Of a stretch of DNA of 64,000 nucleotides, positions 25,301-34,879 are shown in pieces. Location: assembly GCA_030167865.1 (NCBI GenBank), contig JALAGF010004104.1, positions 1-64,000 of the forward strand, read 5' to 3'. Position numbers and translations under genes: made by a program. The DNA comes from Craspedostauros australis (Eukaryota). The notes under the pieces were generated by a model. The model saw only the letters and a list, made by a program, of their open reading frames with translations. It ran no database searches and had not been told where the DNA came from. Every line of letters starts with the position of its first letter. Within the stretch, counting starts at the first letter, position 1.

Positions 25301-25457
25301 GACCATCGTTGTTCACTTCTGATCGTCGTGCGCCGCCCATCAATGATGGCTTCTGAGCGATGAACGACTCCGCATGTCTCACTGCTGTCAAACCCAACAA
25401 AGCCAGAAGCTGCAACAGCAACCGCATCCTCGGGATCGTCGTCGCTGACATCGTCAT
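22347..25457 (-). CDS. NSF/Sec18-like AAA+ ATPase with N-terminal presequence; exons 25457-24298, 24051-22347
   Basis: VGGLD..I.RR.LASR|ANP, GPPGCGKT, VNGPEILDKFVGEAEKNIR, LHVIILDEMDAI, TNRPELLDPALLRPGRLEV; degenerate D2 domain; GT-AG intron 24052-24297. Confidence 0.88.
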
Positions 25458-26049
25458 GTTATTGATCGATGGATGAGTGAATCTATGCGGAGCACGAGTA
25501 AGAAAGAAAGAAACGCAACAAGCCGATCGAGTCGTTGTGTCCCCAGTTTTGTTCGTCGTGAAGACGTCATCGTGGAGACGTCATCGCGAACATGTCATTT
25601 TTTGGCGGATGGAGCCACGGAACAAAAAGTGACAAGAAGAAGAGACGAAAAACGGGAGTGCGTTCGTCCCGTGATTCGATCGTTGATTCGAATCGTGTTT
25701 TGTGTCATTTTGGATCTACTGGCCAGCCAAGCTCGACATTCCGCATTCCGTATTCCGTGTTTCTTTTCGCTTCCCACCAACCAGCGAGAGACATCGACTC
25801 GTTTGACCAAAGTTGGTCGTGATGTCTTCCCAAAGAACTTGCGCGAAAGATCTCTTCCTCGCGGCAGATGCCTTTCTGCAGATTTCTGGCGCCAACCATC
25901 GCCATCTCTCTCTTTTGGCACTACTACTACAACAACGCGTGGGCACATCAACGCATTGAGAGAAGGTGGCAAGGGAGCGAAGATCCTTGCATATTATACA
26001 ATCAAGCAATCGCAACCGAGCACTCAACTCTATTACTGTCGGTATCACC

Positions 26050-27234
26050 ATGAACTTCACATCCCTCGCCTTCCTCGGTCTCGGGCTGCTCGTTGCAACG
26101 CAAACGACGGCGTTCATCCCGCTTTCCAGACTGTTCCCGAGCGCTGGTTCCTCCGCGACATCTGATGGCCGCGGACACAATTCTCAACCAACCACTTTCT
26201 CGCGCTTGCGGCCGTTGCAAAGTGGCAGGGGCATCGCGACGAACTACACGTGGTATGAGGAGGCGTTCGAGATCGAGGTCACCGTCAAGGTCCCTAAATC
26301 CACGAAGGCGAAGGACATCATCTTCAAGGCGACGTCCAATTCGCTCGATCTGAGGCTGAAGCAATCCAATGACGCGGAAGCCCTCCAGCTTCTGGATCCG
26401 ACGCGGCGGCTGCGAGGCAAGATCCTGACGGATGGAACCTACTGGGAGATCTTGGATCCCGAAGACATCGAAGATGACGACGAAGAGCATCGCCTCGTGA
26501 TAATCACATTCGAGAAGCTCATCAAGAAGGCGAAGGACGACTTCGATGTCGTGGATTACGATTGGAATGGCGTGTACCACGAAGAGTTCGAGGACGAGGT
26601 GTCGCATCGCAAGTACGACGAACCGGAAAAGCTCGATGTGCGCGAGTACGCCTCATCCATGGGCGTGGACGTTGACAACATCAACATGTCCATGGTGGAC
26701 AAGAACATGTTCTCGTCTGGTCTCAACATGACCAAGAAATCCATGGATGCGCTGACCGACGCTGGCTACCTGAAGGAAGTCACGCAGCAGAGCGATGGAT
26801 CCGAGTGGACGGCGGATGAAGATGGCGACGCCGTCCCATTTTCCAGCACGGGGAAGGTCGATCCCAACGCGCCGAAATCTCCAGGGCAAACCAAGGTCCC
26901 CTTCCTGGACACCGATTCCCCTTGGCACAAGGCTGTCCCGGTCGACAGGAAGGATGGATTCATGGAAGCCGAACGATCCGAGGCCGAAACAGAACCTGCG
27001 TCGGTTGATGCAAAGAAGGACGATGAAAAAGCAAAAGAAATTGAAAGAAAGCGTCAAGAGTTGGAGAAACAGCGCATGAAATCTGCTTCTGATCCCATCG
27101 ATACGCTCACGGTTGCCAAGCTGAAGGAGATCTTACGGGCAAGCAACCTCAAGGTGTCTGGAAACAAGAAGGAGCTGCAACAGAGATTACGGGAACACGT
27201 GCAGTCTATGCTTCAGAAAACCGGCGGTGATTGA
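26050..27234 (+). CDS. CS (p23/NudC-like) domain + C-terminal SAP domain protein with bipartite presequence
   Basis: NYTWYEEAFEIEVTVKVP..TKAKDI..L.G.I..DGTYWEI (CS); LTVAKLKEILRASNLKVSGNKKELQQRL (SAP); signal ending TTA-FIP. Confidence 0.85.
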   Translation: MNFTSLAFLGLGLLVATQTTAFIPLSRLFPSAGSSATSDGRGHNSQPTTFSRLRPLQSGRGIATNYTWYEEAFEIEVTVKVPKSTKAKDIIFKATSNSLDLRLKQSNDAEALQLLDPTRRLRGKILTDGTYWEILDPEDIEDDDEEHRLVIITFEKLIKKAKDDFDVVDYDWNGVYHEEFEDEVSHRKYDEPEKLDVREYASSMGVDVDNINMSMVDKNMFSSGLNMTKKSMDALTDAGYLKEVTQQSDGSEWTADEDGDAVPFSSTGKVDPNAPKSPGQTKVPFLDTDSPWHKAVPVDRKDGFMEAERSEAETEPASVDAKKDDEKAKEIERKRQELEKQRMKSASDPIDTLTVAKLKEILRASNLKVSGNKKELQQRLREHVQSMLQKTGGD

Positions 27235-27652
27235 TGCTCTATCCGACGAGCACAGTAGAGTATGGGTTTTGTTTCAAATCCGAGTGGAGTGGAGTGGAGC
27301 ATTCATGATTAGCGGCATTGTGATCACCCACAATAAGGATACTGCACAGAGTAGTGACTTCATCTTTAGATGACAACACGCTTGGGATCCTCTGTCTCGC
27401 ATTGTGAAGCATGATGGGGAGTGCTGCGATGCCGCCAAGGTAGCACTGTATTTCAGCAGAGACGCACTGTATTGATGTTTTTTGTGAAGTTCTTGACGAA
27501 ATCAAGTCAAAACAACACCAGTGATGCTGCATTCTGTTTTGCAGGCAAGAGTGGCAAGCTTCGGAGATTTCTTGCAGTCTATCATATAAAATATAATAAC
27601 TCGTAGTGCTGTGGCTTGAATATCATGCGCCAGCGAGTCGTCCGCGGAGATC

Positions 27653-28291
27653 TCACGGCTCAAACTCTTGACCGTACTTCTCCACCATCCCACCAAACCA
27701 CTTTGCCGCAGCCTCCGATTGATCCGCCAAGATCAATGAGCAGATGGGCTTGCTCTCCGCGTTGCTCATGCGCAGCACGCGCATCGTCTTGTCTGGATCC
27801 ACCGGACTCGCACGTTCGCTGAGAACGACCTTGGCCACGTCCGCCACCATGACATGAAATTCAAATGACGCATCGTCGGCCGCAAAGGTGACCAGGTTCT
27901 TTCCGCTCTTGGGAGATTGGTTCAGCTTGAATTTGGGGCCCATGACGTTGGTGCTTTCCAGGATGGCGCCGTTGCCGATGACGACGATGCGGAATGGGAG
28001 ATCGGAGGTATGCAGATGTCGCAGAAAGTCGTGGACGGTCTGTTCGGAATCGGAGAGGGACGGTTGCGTGGAATCATCGGCGGATCGCACTGCCGTGGAG
28101 GAAGTCTTTGCCGCCTTCCACGATGCAGGATGTCCGTGGTTTTGCGCGTTGTTGCAGGCATCGGCGGAGCGTGCGATCGTTGTTGCTGATGCTGCTGATG
28201 GTTGTCTCGGAATGAACCCATCGGTCGCCGTTGCTGCCAACAGCAGAGTGTAGAGGATGGCGAAGCTCTTTGTGATCGTGTAGCCAAGCAT
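27653..28291 (-). CDS. ChuX/HutX-like putative heme-binding protein, plastid-targeted
   Basis: FRIVVIGNGAILES...FEFHVM.ADVAKV...RVLRM.N.ESKPICSLIL...W...VEKYG resembles the cyanobacterial ChuX/HutX family; start MLGYT at 28291; signal ending TDG-FIP. Confidence 0.65.
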   Translation of the reverse strand: MLGYTITKSFAILYTLLLAATATDGFIPRQPSAASATTIARSADACNNAQNHGHPASWKAAKTSSTAVRSADDSTQPSLSDSEQTVHDFLRHLHTSDLPFRIVVIGNGAILESTNVMGPKFKLNQSPKSGKNLVTFAADDASFEFHVMVADVAKVVLSERASPVDPDKTMRVLRMSNAESKPICSLILADQSEAAAKWFGGMVEKYGQEFEP

Positions 28292-29065
28292 ATTTTCTTT
28301 CGCACGTATTATAGTCGACAGTGATATGTGCTTCGGAGTCTTTTGGTTGGTGTTTGAATGTGTGTGAGCGTGCATTAGTAGTCGTATGGGTGGAAGGACT
28401 GATGGGAACGTTCGTTGGTCTGCCTTGACGCCAACGCTCCAGGGATCTTCGGAGGCATCCATGCATGTGCCGATGGCTCCGGAGACGATCATAACTGGTC
28501 GCATCCAACACGACCACCAAAACGAACGTCACAACAACTTCAACTTTCTCGCTAGCCCCTCAATCACGAGTAAATGATGATTGGACGAGCATTATAGGTC
28601 CAATAAGTCAATACAGGAACTACGCCCAACCAGTATGCACGACTCGAACAAATGACAAAGACGTTTTCTTCCCAAATTCCGAGCAGGAACATCTCCGGAC
28701 CAACAGAAACCACGGAACAAAAAGGGAGACAGACAGAAGGAATGCAATGCGACGCAATGCCATGCCATGCGGTTCGATGGGATGTACGAGGACGAGGATT
28801 GATACAATGCGATGCACACGAGGATGATCTGCCTCGTCAGAGTGGAACAAATCTGGAGAAGAAATTGGAGGGCAAGAGCACAACCACGATTACGAGGACG
28901 TACAAAACAGGTGAGAGGGGAGCACACTTTCCATACGATACTTGCACACGCTGAGAAGAGACAGGCACGGCCACATCGACCATCATTGGGGAGTTCAAGC
29001 ACGCCGAGCAACACTTATATCTGCTTCACCACTCACCCACACAAGCCGCATCACCGGGAACCACG

Positions 29066-30316
29066 ATGTGCGACAGTCACGCAGAGTCGGAGCCATGCCG
29101 ACGCCACCCACAGTTCGCGAATAGCAGCAGCAACAACAATAGAAACAGCAGCATTGGCGGTGAAAGCAATGACGTCAACTTACCGCTGGACATGCTGTCG
29201 ACGAAGATCATGCCGTACCTGGATCGATCCAGCTGGAACAACTTCTCAATGACATGCAAAGAGGTGCATCGAGCATCGCAATCGCAGGCGCTAACCCCAC
29301 CGCCTTGGCCCCGCCAAATCAACGCCAAGGTCAATCGATTGTGCAGGGTGACGTGCATGGACATCACGTCGGATTCGGGCCACATCGCGTGCGGGTATTC
29401 GGATGGAAGAATTCGACTTTGGGGCAGACGCTGCGGTGAGATCACGCCATCCATCCATGGCCATTGGCCTGAAGAATCCGTGTGCGCCATGGTCTTTTCA
29501 TGGAACAGCGAGCTGCTCGCGACGGCAGGATTCGATCATGTCATCAATCTGTGGGATTTGCGCGGAGGGCTGCGTGCGGCAAAGCCTTCCGCAACATTCT
29601 ACGCTCCCTTCGTGAGCAGCATGTGCTTCTCGAACGACGACGCCATCGTCGCTTCCGCGCATCAGAATTCCACGGTGATCAATTTGTGGAGCGTCGCAAC
29701 GAGACAATGCGTCCAGAGTCTGGATGGATTCTCATCGGGGATGACGTCGCTGTCTTTCTCCTTTGACGGCATGTCCATGATCGGCACCACGGGGCTGGAC
29801 ATTTACGAGTGGTCGCTGGAGGATGAATCATGCCAATCGGTCGAGGATGGGGTCTTCAACACTATCGCGTCCTTGCCAAATGGGAATCACGTGGCCGCGA
29901 TCGATGCAGCGCAGAGGGTCGCTGTGTGGAACACGGCGAATGGTTGGAGCAAGAAGCATGAGCTCGGGATACGGGGCAAGGAAGCGTTGATGAGCAATCG
30001 GTCATCGAAGCTGGTGGTACTGGACGAGAACCACCAATTTCACGTTTGGAATCTCGACAATAGCAGCGATGTTGCTCGTAAGGATATTGATGGCCGTGCG
30101 AACGATACTGATCGCGCTTCTGGCGGTGATCATGACGATGATGACGATAGTCAGAACGGTATCAACGGCGACGCTGACGAGTTTCGTTTGCGAAAGATAA
30201 TGTCGATCAACAATCGAAGGCTGTCGGGATGTCGCAGACTTAGGCTCTCGAACGATGGCACGCTCATCATGGGAGTTCACGGCATGGAACAGTGCATCAG
30301 ATTGTCCTATATCTAG
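29066..30316 (+). CDS. F-box + WD40 repeat protein
   Basis: F-box-like LPLDMLSTKIMPYLD....NFSMTCKE; WD repeats (GYSDGRIRLW, AGFDHVINLWD, INLWS). Confidence 0.85.
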   Translation: MCDSHAESEPCRRHPQFANSSSNNNRNSSIGGESNDVNLPLDMLSTKIMPYLDRSSWNNFSMTCKEVHRASQSQALTPPPWPRQINAKVNRLCRVTCMDITSDSGHIACGYSDGRIRLWGRRCGEITPSIHGHWPEESVCAMVFSWNSELLATAGFDHVINLWDLRGGLRAAKPSATFYAPFVSSMCFSNDDAIVASAHQNSTVINLWSVATRQCVQSLDGFSSGMTSLSFSFDGMSMIGTTGLDIYEWSLEDESCQSVEDGVFNTIASLPNGNHVAAIDAAQRVAVWNTANGWSKKHELGIRGKEALMSNRSSKLVVLDENHQFHVWNLDNSSDVARKDIDGRANDTDRASGGDHDDDDDSQNGINGDADEFRLRKIMSINNRRLSGCRRLRLSNDGTLIMGVHGMEQCIRLSYI

Positions 30317-30814
30317 CATGCTCTCTGCTTCGACGACGAGAATTTCGAGAGCCGAGACGACGCTGCCGAGTACAGACCGGCGCCATTCTCCTCAACCACA
30401 CAATATAACGCATGAATACAATCCCCCGCTATAACACCAACACCGAAGAAGCCCTCTCTGCGCTCCCACTATGCCAGAGTAGAGGCAGTCTGAGTGGAAT
30501 CGAGCATAGCAGAACAGAGCACTCTGCTCCGTCACATACGCGCGACATCAAGTGAAACGCCGGTTTCCACCGCAAAGATAGAGTTAGTAGTGAATAGACT
30601 ACTTCGATTCAACTTCCCTCATTTTTGTCCATCCGAAGAATGTCACCCATCAACGCTGCAGCTCGGAAGCTCCGCAAGAACTTCAGTGATGGTGGCGGTG
30701 GCTCCACGTGATGGGCATTGGCGGTGGCTTCGGCAGAGCGATCTGGGACATCACCATCCCATCACACAATTACGCAGTTACGCAGTTACGAAGACTCGAC
30801 TGGCAAGGTGGACG

Positions 30815-32407
30815 ATGGCGCTGTTGGACAGGCGAAGGCCACGAATGGGACACTTTCTGTGGCTTGTCGTGTTCGCGGTCGTCCGGAACCTGCCTTGCAC
30901 GACGGCATACAATGCGGATCTTCGATTCAAGGTCTCATCGAGCATCGCCAAGAGCGAGCGAAGGGCTTTGGAACGACAAACCGCGCGACGCGAGGTCTGC
31001 GATGGATGCCGACGCCCACCGGTGCAGTGCATGTGCGACGTCTTGCCAGAGGCGAAGATAAAGACCTCGACAGAAGTGCTTGTGCTGCAGCATCCAACTG
31101 AGTTTCGGCGCAAGACGGTCTCAACCGTGCCGTTGTTACCGCTGGTGCTGGACAAGGTCAACGTGTCTGTTGGATCCAAGTTCAACGACATTCGGAGAAT
31201 CCCAGCAATCGACCGCGCCATTCAGAATGGCACCCCCATGCTCCTGCTATTTCCTCACGAGGATGCCATCCAGCTGGACGTCCCTGAACAGCTTGCGGCA
31301 TTCCGACAGCGTGCGCAACAGCGTGCGCAACGGCATGGCGAAGATGATGATGATGATGATGACGATGCCAACCCATCACAGCAAGCCCAGCTGCAGAACC
31401 ATGATGCAAATCAACTGCTCATCTTGATCGATGGAACATGGACGCAAGCAGCTCGCATGGCACGCCATTCGCCAGAGTTGGTCGCGGCATGCCAAAAGGT
31501 GCAGTTCATTTCTGACCGGGAATCCATCTACAACACGATTCGGAAAGAACCGAAGGAGCACTTCCTCTCGACGCTGGAAGCATGTATGTATGCCATGAAG
31601 CTTCTCGAACCAGATTCCACAGCAGTGCAGGCGGCGTCCGACCACCTCATCTGCGCACTGCACAAGCTCGTCGATGGGAATGTCGTTTCTCAGCAGAACA
31701 GCCTGCCGCGGTTCGTCAATCGAGGTGAGAATGATGCCAAAACGCAACGGCGACGAGAGGTGGAAGACGCAGTATTTGGCAAAGAACAATCTGACGGCAC
31801 AGATGGCAATGCCATGCAATTGTCAGCATCAGATGATGACCGACGGAATGGACAGGGCGGTTCCATCCCGCATGACGCCGAGGTGATGCCAGCATTCGAT
31901 CCGATCGATCTTGGTGACGGTGCCACCTTGCGGCAACTTTCGGGTCTGGATGGAGATTGGGTGGACATGCAGTGGCCGTATCGATCCAAAAAGTCCAGAA
32001 AGATGGTGGAACAGCAGCTTCAGGATCCCTACAGTGCTTGCTGCAGCCTTGGGATTGAGGTTGGCGGTTCGTTGAAGGCCTGCATTTTGCGGTACAGGAA
32101 TGGCGCACTTGGCATGCTGCACGTGGACGACGACTACCGTCGACGCGGCTATGCGACGGCGTTGCTGAAGGAAGCGACCGAGATCATTGAATCCAGGGGG
32201 GAGGCCTGTGAGGCGTACATACGGCACGGGAATGATGCCTCTGAATCCTTGTTCCGAAGTCTGGGGTGGGTACGAGCAGACCCAAACATCAAAGGAAAGA
32301 GCGGCAATCGACGTTCCAAGTTGAAATGGATCAAATCAATCGCGACCACTGCTTCGGTTCACCAAGAAGAAGAGGGCGTCGAAGTACGGCAAACTTTCGG
32401 TCCATAG
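30815..32407 (+). CDS. DTW-domain tRNA aminocarboxypropyltransferase (TapT/DTWD2-like) fused to an FR47/GLYAT-like GNAT acyltransferase
   Basis: CDGCRRP..QCMC zinc knuckle, LQHPTE, LLLFP, LIDGTW.QA, IRKEP...LSTLEA (DTW); C-terminal GALGMLHVDDDYRRRGYATALL...GNDASESLFRSLGW (GNAT). Start at 30815 or 30845. Confidence 0.85.
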   Translation: MALLDRRRPRMGHFLWLVVFAVVRNLPCTTAYNADLRFKVSSSIAKSERRALERQTARREVCDGCRRPPVQCMCDVLPEAKIKTSTEVLVLQHPTEFRRKTVSTVPLLPLVLDKVNVSVGSKFNDIRRIPAIDRAIQNGTPMLLLFPHEDAIQLDVPEQLAAFRQRAQQRAQRHGEDDDDDDDDANPSQQAQLQNHDANQLLILIDGTWTQAARMARHSPELVAACQKVQFISDRESIYNTIRKEPKEHFLSTLEACMYAMKLLEPDSTAVQAASDHLICALHKLVDGNVVSQQNSLPRFVNRGENDAKTQRRREVEDAVFGKEQSDGTDGNAMQLSASDDDRRNGQGGSIPHDAEVMPAFDPIDLGDGATLRQLSGLDGDWVDMQWPYRSKKSRKMVEQQLQDPYSACCSLGIEVGGSLKACILRYRNGALGMLHVDDDYRRRGYATALLKEATEIIESRGEACEAYIRHGNDASESLFRSLGWVRADPNIKGKSGNRRSKLKWIKSIATTASVHQEEEGVEVRQTFGP

Positions 32408-32522
32408 CGCAGACCAACGGCAGAATCACGATCGTTGGCATAAGACGTATAAATAGAGTGATGAGCTACTACTAGTACTTCTACAAGTGCGTTTGCTTAA
32501 TCGCATCCGGAGTGGTGCGTCG

Positions 32523-34730
32523 CTACAGGGTGCTTGGAGCAACCTGCTTCGATCTATTTTCGGGTTGTTTCTTCTCAGGTGTCACGATCACATTGATGGT
32601 GTCGGTCCCAACAACATCGCCCATGGGTGTTCCAACACCAGCACTCGCATGTTGGATTGGCTCCATTTCCCTCAGCACGACTTCGCAGTTTCCCACCTCG
32701 CCGCTGCTGTCGACATCAGTTTCCTTTTCGCCTGATGCGGTGTGATCATTCGGAACGAGCGATGCCTTGTTGGTTGGTGACGAATCAGGCTTGGATGGAG
32801 CCTCGTGCTCTGTGGCAACGTCGCCCTCATTTGTAGGTTGTGACTCGGATGATTGTCGAGTTCCACCATCTTGGTTCTCGTTCTCGTCTTTCTCTTCGGC
32901 GTCTTGGCATTCCAAGTCGGAGTTAGCTGGAGCAATGCTGATCGGATTATCGACTGCTGCAGCGATGTTCCTAGTGTGTGGCTCCTTGGAGACGAGCTGC
33001 ACTTCAACATTGTCTTGGCTTCCATCGGTGATGTCTGTGCTCGAGTTCGTTGCCTCTTCGCTGTCATTGACATTGGCGTTGGCATCGCGATCGTCACCGT
33101 CGTCAGGGATAGTGTCCACATCCAAGGAAATTTCCATCTTTGGCTGGTTCTGGAACTCGCAATCGTACAGTTCCACTGTCTTGCGGAAGTACGTCGATTC
33201 CTTGCGGCGGTTGCTTCGCTTTGCTCTCTGCTCATTTTTGCCTTTCTTGCCCTTGCCACTCTTGGAGCTACTCTTGGAACTGCCTCGCTCGCCCTTCTCG
33301 CTGTCCTTGCGGGCCTGGTGTCGCTTCCGTTCGCGAGGCTGGTAGCTGCTGCTGCCATCATCCCAGGTTTCGCCTTCCTCTTCGGATTCCTCGATGCGTT
33401 CAAGCATGCTTGTGGTGCGCGACAGCGCGGAGAGGATGGAACCCGATTCGGATGAAATGTCAGAAATGCTCCAGCTCGTGACGGTTGGCGAATGGAGATG
33501 GTTCTCGCCAAGGCCATTGCCGTCGTCGATGTACTGCTGGTTGGCGTCGTCTGTGAAGACATATTGACCAGCCGAAATGTCGAAACGTGCCGCTGGTAGC
33601 GCCTCAAGCGGAAAGGATTTGGTCAGGTCCGGCTCCTCCAATGGGAAGAAGTGGCGCCTCGGTTCGATGGTCTGGCGCATGGGACTGACCAAGGTTGCGC
33701 TCATCGACCTACGGGACGCGAGGAAGCGATTGCGGATGGTTGGATTGGGAGAGAAGCGTCGCTCGCGGCGGATGAAGCCGTAGCAGAAGATGGACGCCGC
33801 GATGAATGTGACGGTCGCAGACGCGATGATAATGCTGGTGGTTGTCGGATTGAGGCTGTCTGGATCATCCTCGTCTTTGCCATCAGTTAGGGGTGCGACG
33901 ACGAGCGTATCTCTGATCAGTTTCAGGTACTTCGCTCTGGCGATCGAAGCGTCGAATCCGTTGAGGAAGGCCGTGTCGGCCAAAGAAGCTTCGATCGCGG
34001 AAAGAGCGTTGCGCTTGGCCAGGTTGGAGTTGCTGTCGAGCAGAATCAACGTTGATCCATTGATGATAGAGCATGTGGTGCCGGCGCCTTCGGGGACACA
34101 GGAACCTGGAGTATTGACAAGGTGGGCGAAGTGATCGTCGTCGTCGTTGGAATGCAGCACATGCGTGGAGACAAAAACAGTTGTGGTAGAATGAAAAAGT
34201 GTGAGAAAGATGGGCAAAGTGGATTTTGCTGTGGTCGTGTTGTAGCCATGTTCTGGCGCGGCTGAAGACTTACCTGTTTTGGAAAATGTGTGCCTTCCAT
34301 CGGTGCGGACCTGGAACAGAGGCCGGTCATTGGCGTCGCAGTCGTTAAGCGCCTCCGCGACGGCGCGGATGAGCGCATCTTGCAAGCCTCCGAGGCTCCG
34401 AGAACTATCTGGTTGGAATTCTGCCTCGTAGGAGTATGTGAGCTGAAGTTCTGCGAGGTACGTGTTCTGTCGGATTGCGTTACACTGAGTCGTTGCGACA
34501 GTGGTCAATTGTCGTCGCCGACGCAACGCCGTTGTCGGCTGGGCGTCGTTTCCATTACCGCCGCTGCTGCCCTTGGATTGATCAGCATCCGTGTTCGGTT
34601 GTTGCTGTCGTTCCGCGTGCATAGATGTGCGCAGGTATGAAGCTTGAGACGAAGCAGCCGAGGCCTTTGCAAAGCTGCTGCTGCTGCTACCAGCGATGGC
34701 GGCAAAGATGAAAGCCAATTTGAGGATCAT
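32523..34730 (-). CDS. uncharacterised type-I membrane protein (signal peptide, LRRRRQL processing motif, single TM, disordered tail); probable intron 34106-34273
   Basis: MILKLAFIFAAIAG signal; diatom-type RRL motif; TM IIIASATVTFIAASIFCYGFI followed by RRERR; GTAAGT...CCAG intron. Confidence 0.7.
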   Translation of the reverse strand: MILKLAFIFAAIAGSSSSSFAKASAASSQASYLRTSMHAERQQQPNTDADQSKGSSGGNGNDAQPTTALRRRRQLTTVATTQCNAIRQNTYLAELQLTYSYEAEFQPDSSRSLGGLQDALIRAVAEALNDCDANDRPLFQVRTDGRHTFSKTGKSSAAPEHGYNTTTAKSTLPIFLTLFHSTTTVFVSTHVLHSNDDDDHFAHLVNTPGSCVPEGAGTTCSIINGSTLILLDSNSNLAKRNALSAIEASLADTAFLNGFDASIARAKYLKLIRDTLVVAPLTDGKDEDDPDSLNPTTTSIIIASATVTFIAASIFCYGFIRRERRFSPNPTIRNRFLASRRSMSATLVSPMRQTIEPRRHFFPLEEPDLTKSFPLEALPAARFDISAGQYVFTDDANQQYIDDGNGLGENHLHSPTVTSWSISDISSESGSILSALSRTTSMLERIEESEEEGETWDDGSSSYQPRERKRHQARKDSEKGERGSSKSSSKSGKGKKGKNEQRAKRSNRRKESTYFRKTVELYDCEFQNQPKMEISLDVDTIPDDGDDRDANANVNDSEEATNSSTDITDGSQDNVEVQLVSKEPHTRNIAAAVDNPISIAPANSDLECQDAEEKDENENQDGGTRQSSESQPTNEGDVATEHEAPSKPDSSPTNKASLVPNDHTASGEKETDVDSSGEVGNCEVVLREMEPIQHASAGVGTPMGDVVGTDTINVIVTPEKKQPENRSKQVAPSTL

Positions 34731-34845
34731 GGCTGGGCCGCTACTGAGGAAGGTGAGTTGCGTCATGGCGATCATGTGTTGGCACAGTGCGTCCAAATGT
34801 TGCTAAGTCTCGTCACTACTTTGGTTGTTTGATTTGATCTGTGAG

Positions 34846-34846
<1 letters not shown>

Positions 34847-34878
<32 letters not shown>
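34847..34878. repeat. (TTG)n microsatellite
   Basis: ~10 units. Confidence 0.9.
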
Positions 34879-34879
<1 letters not shown>

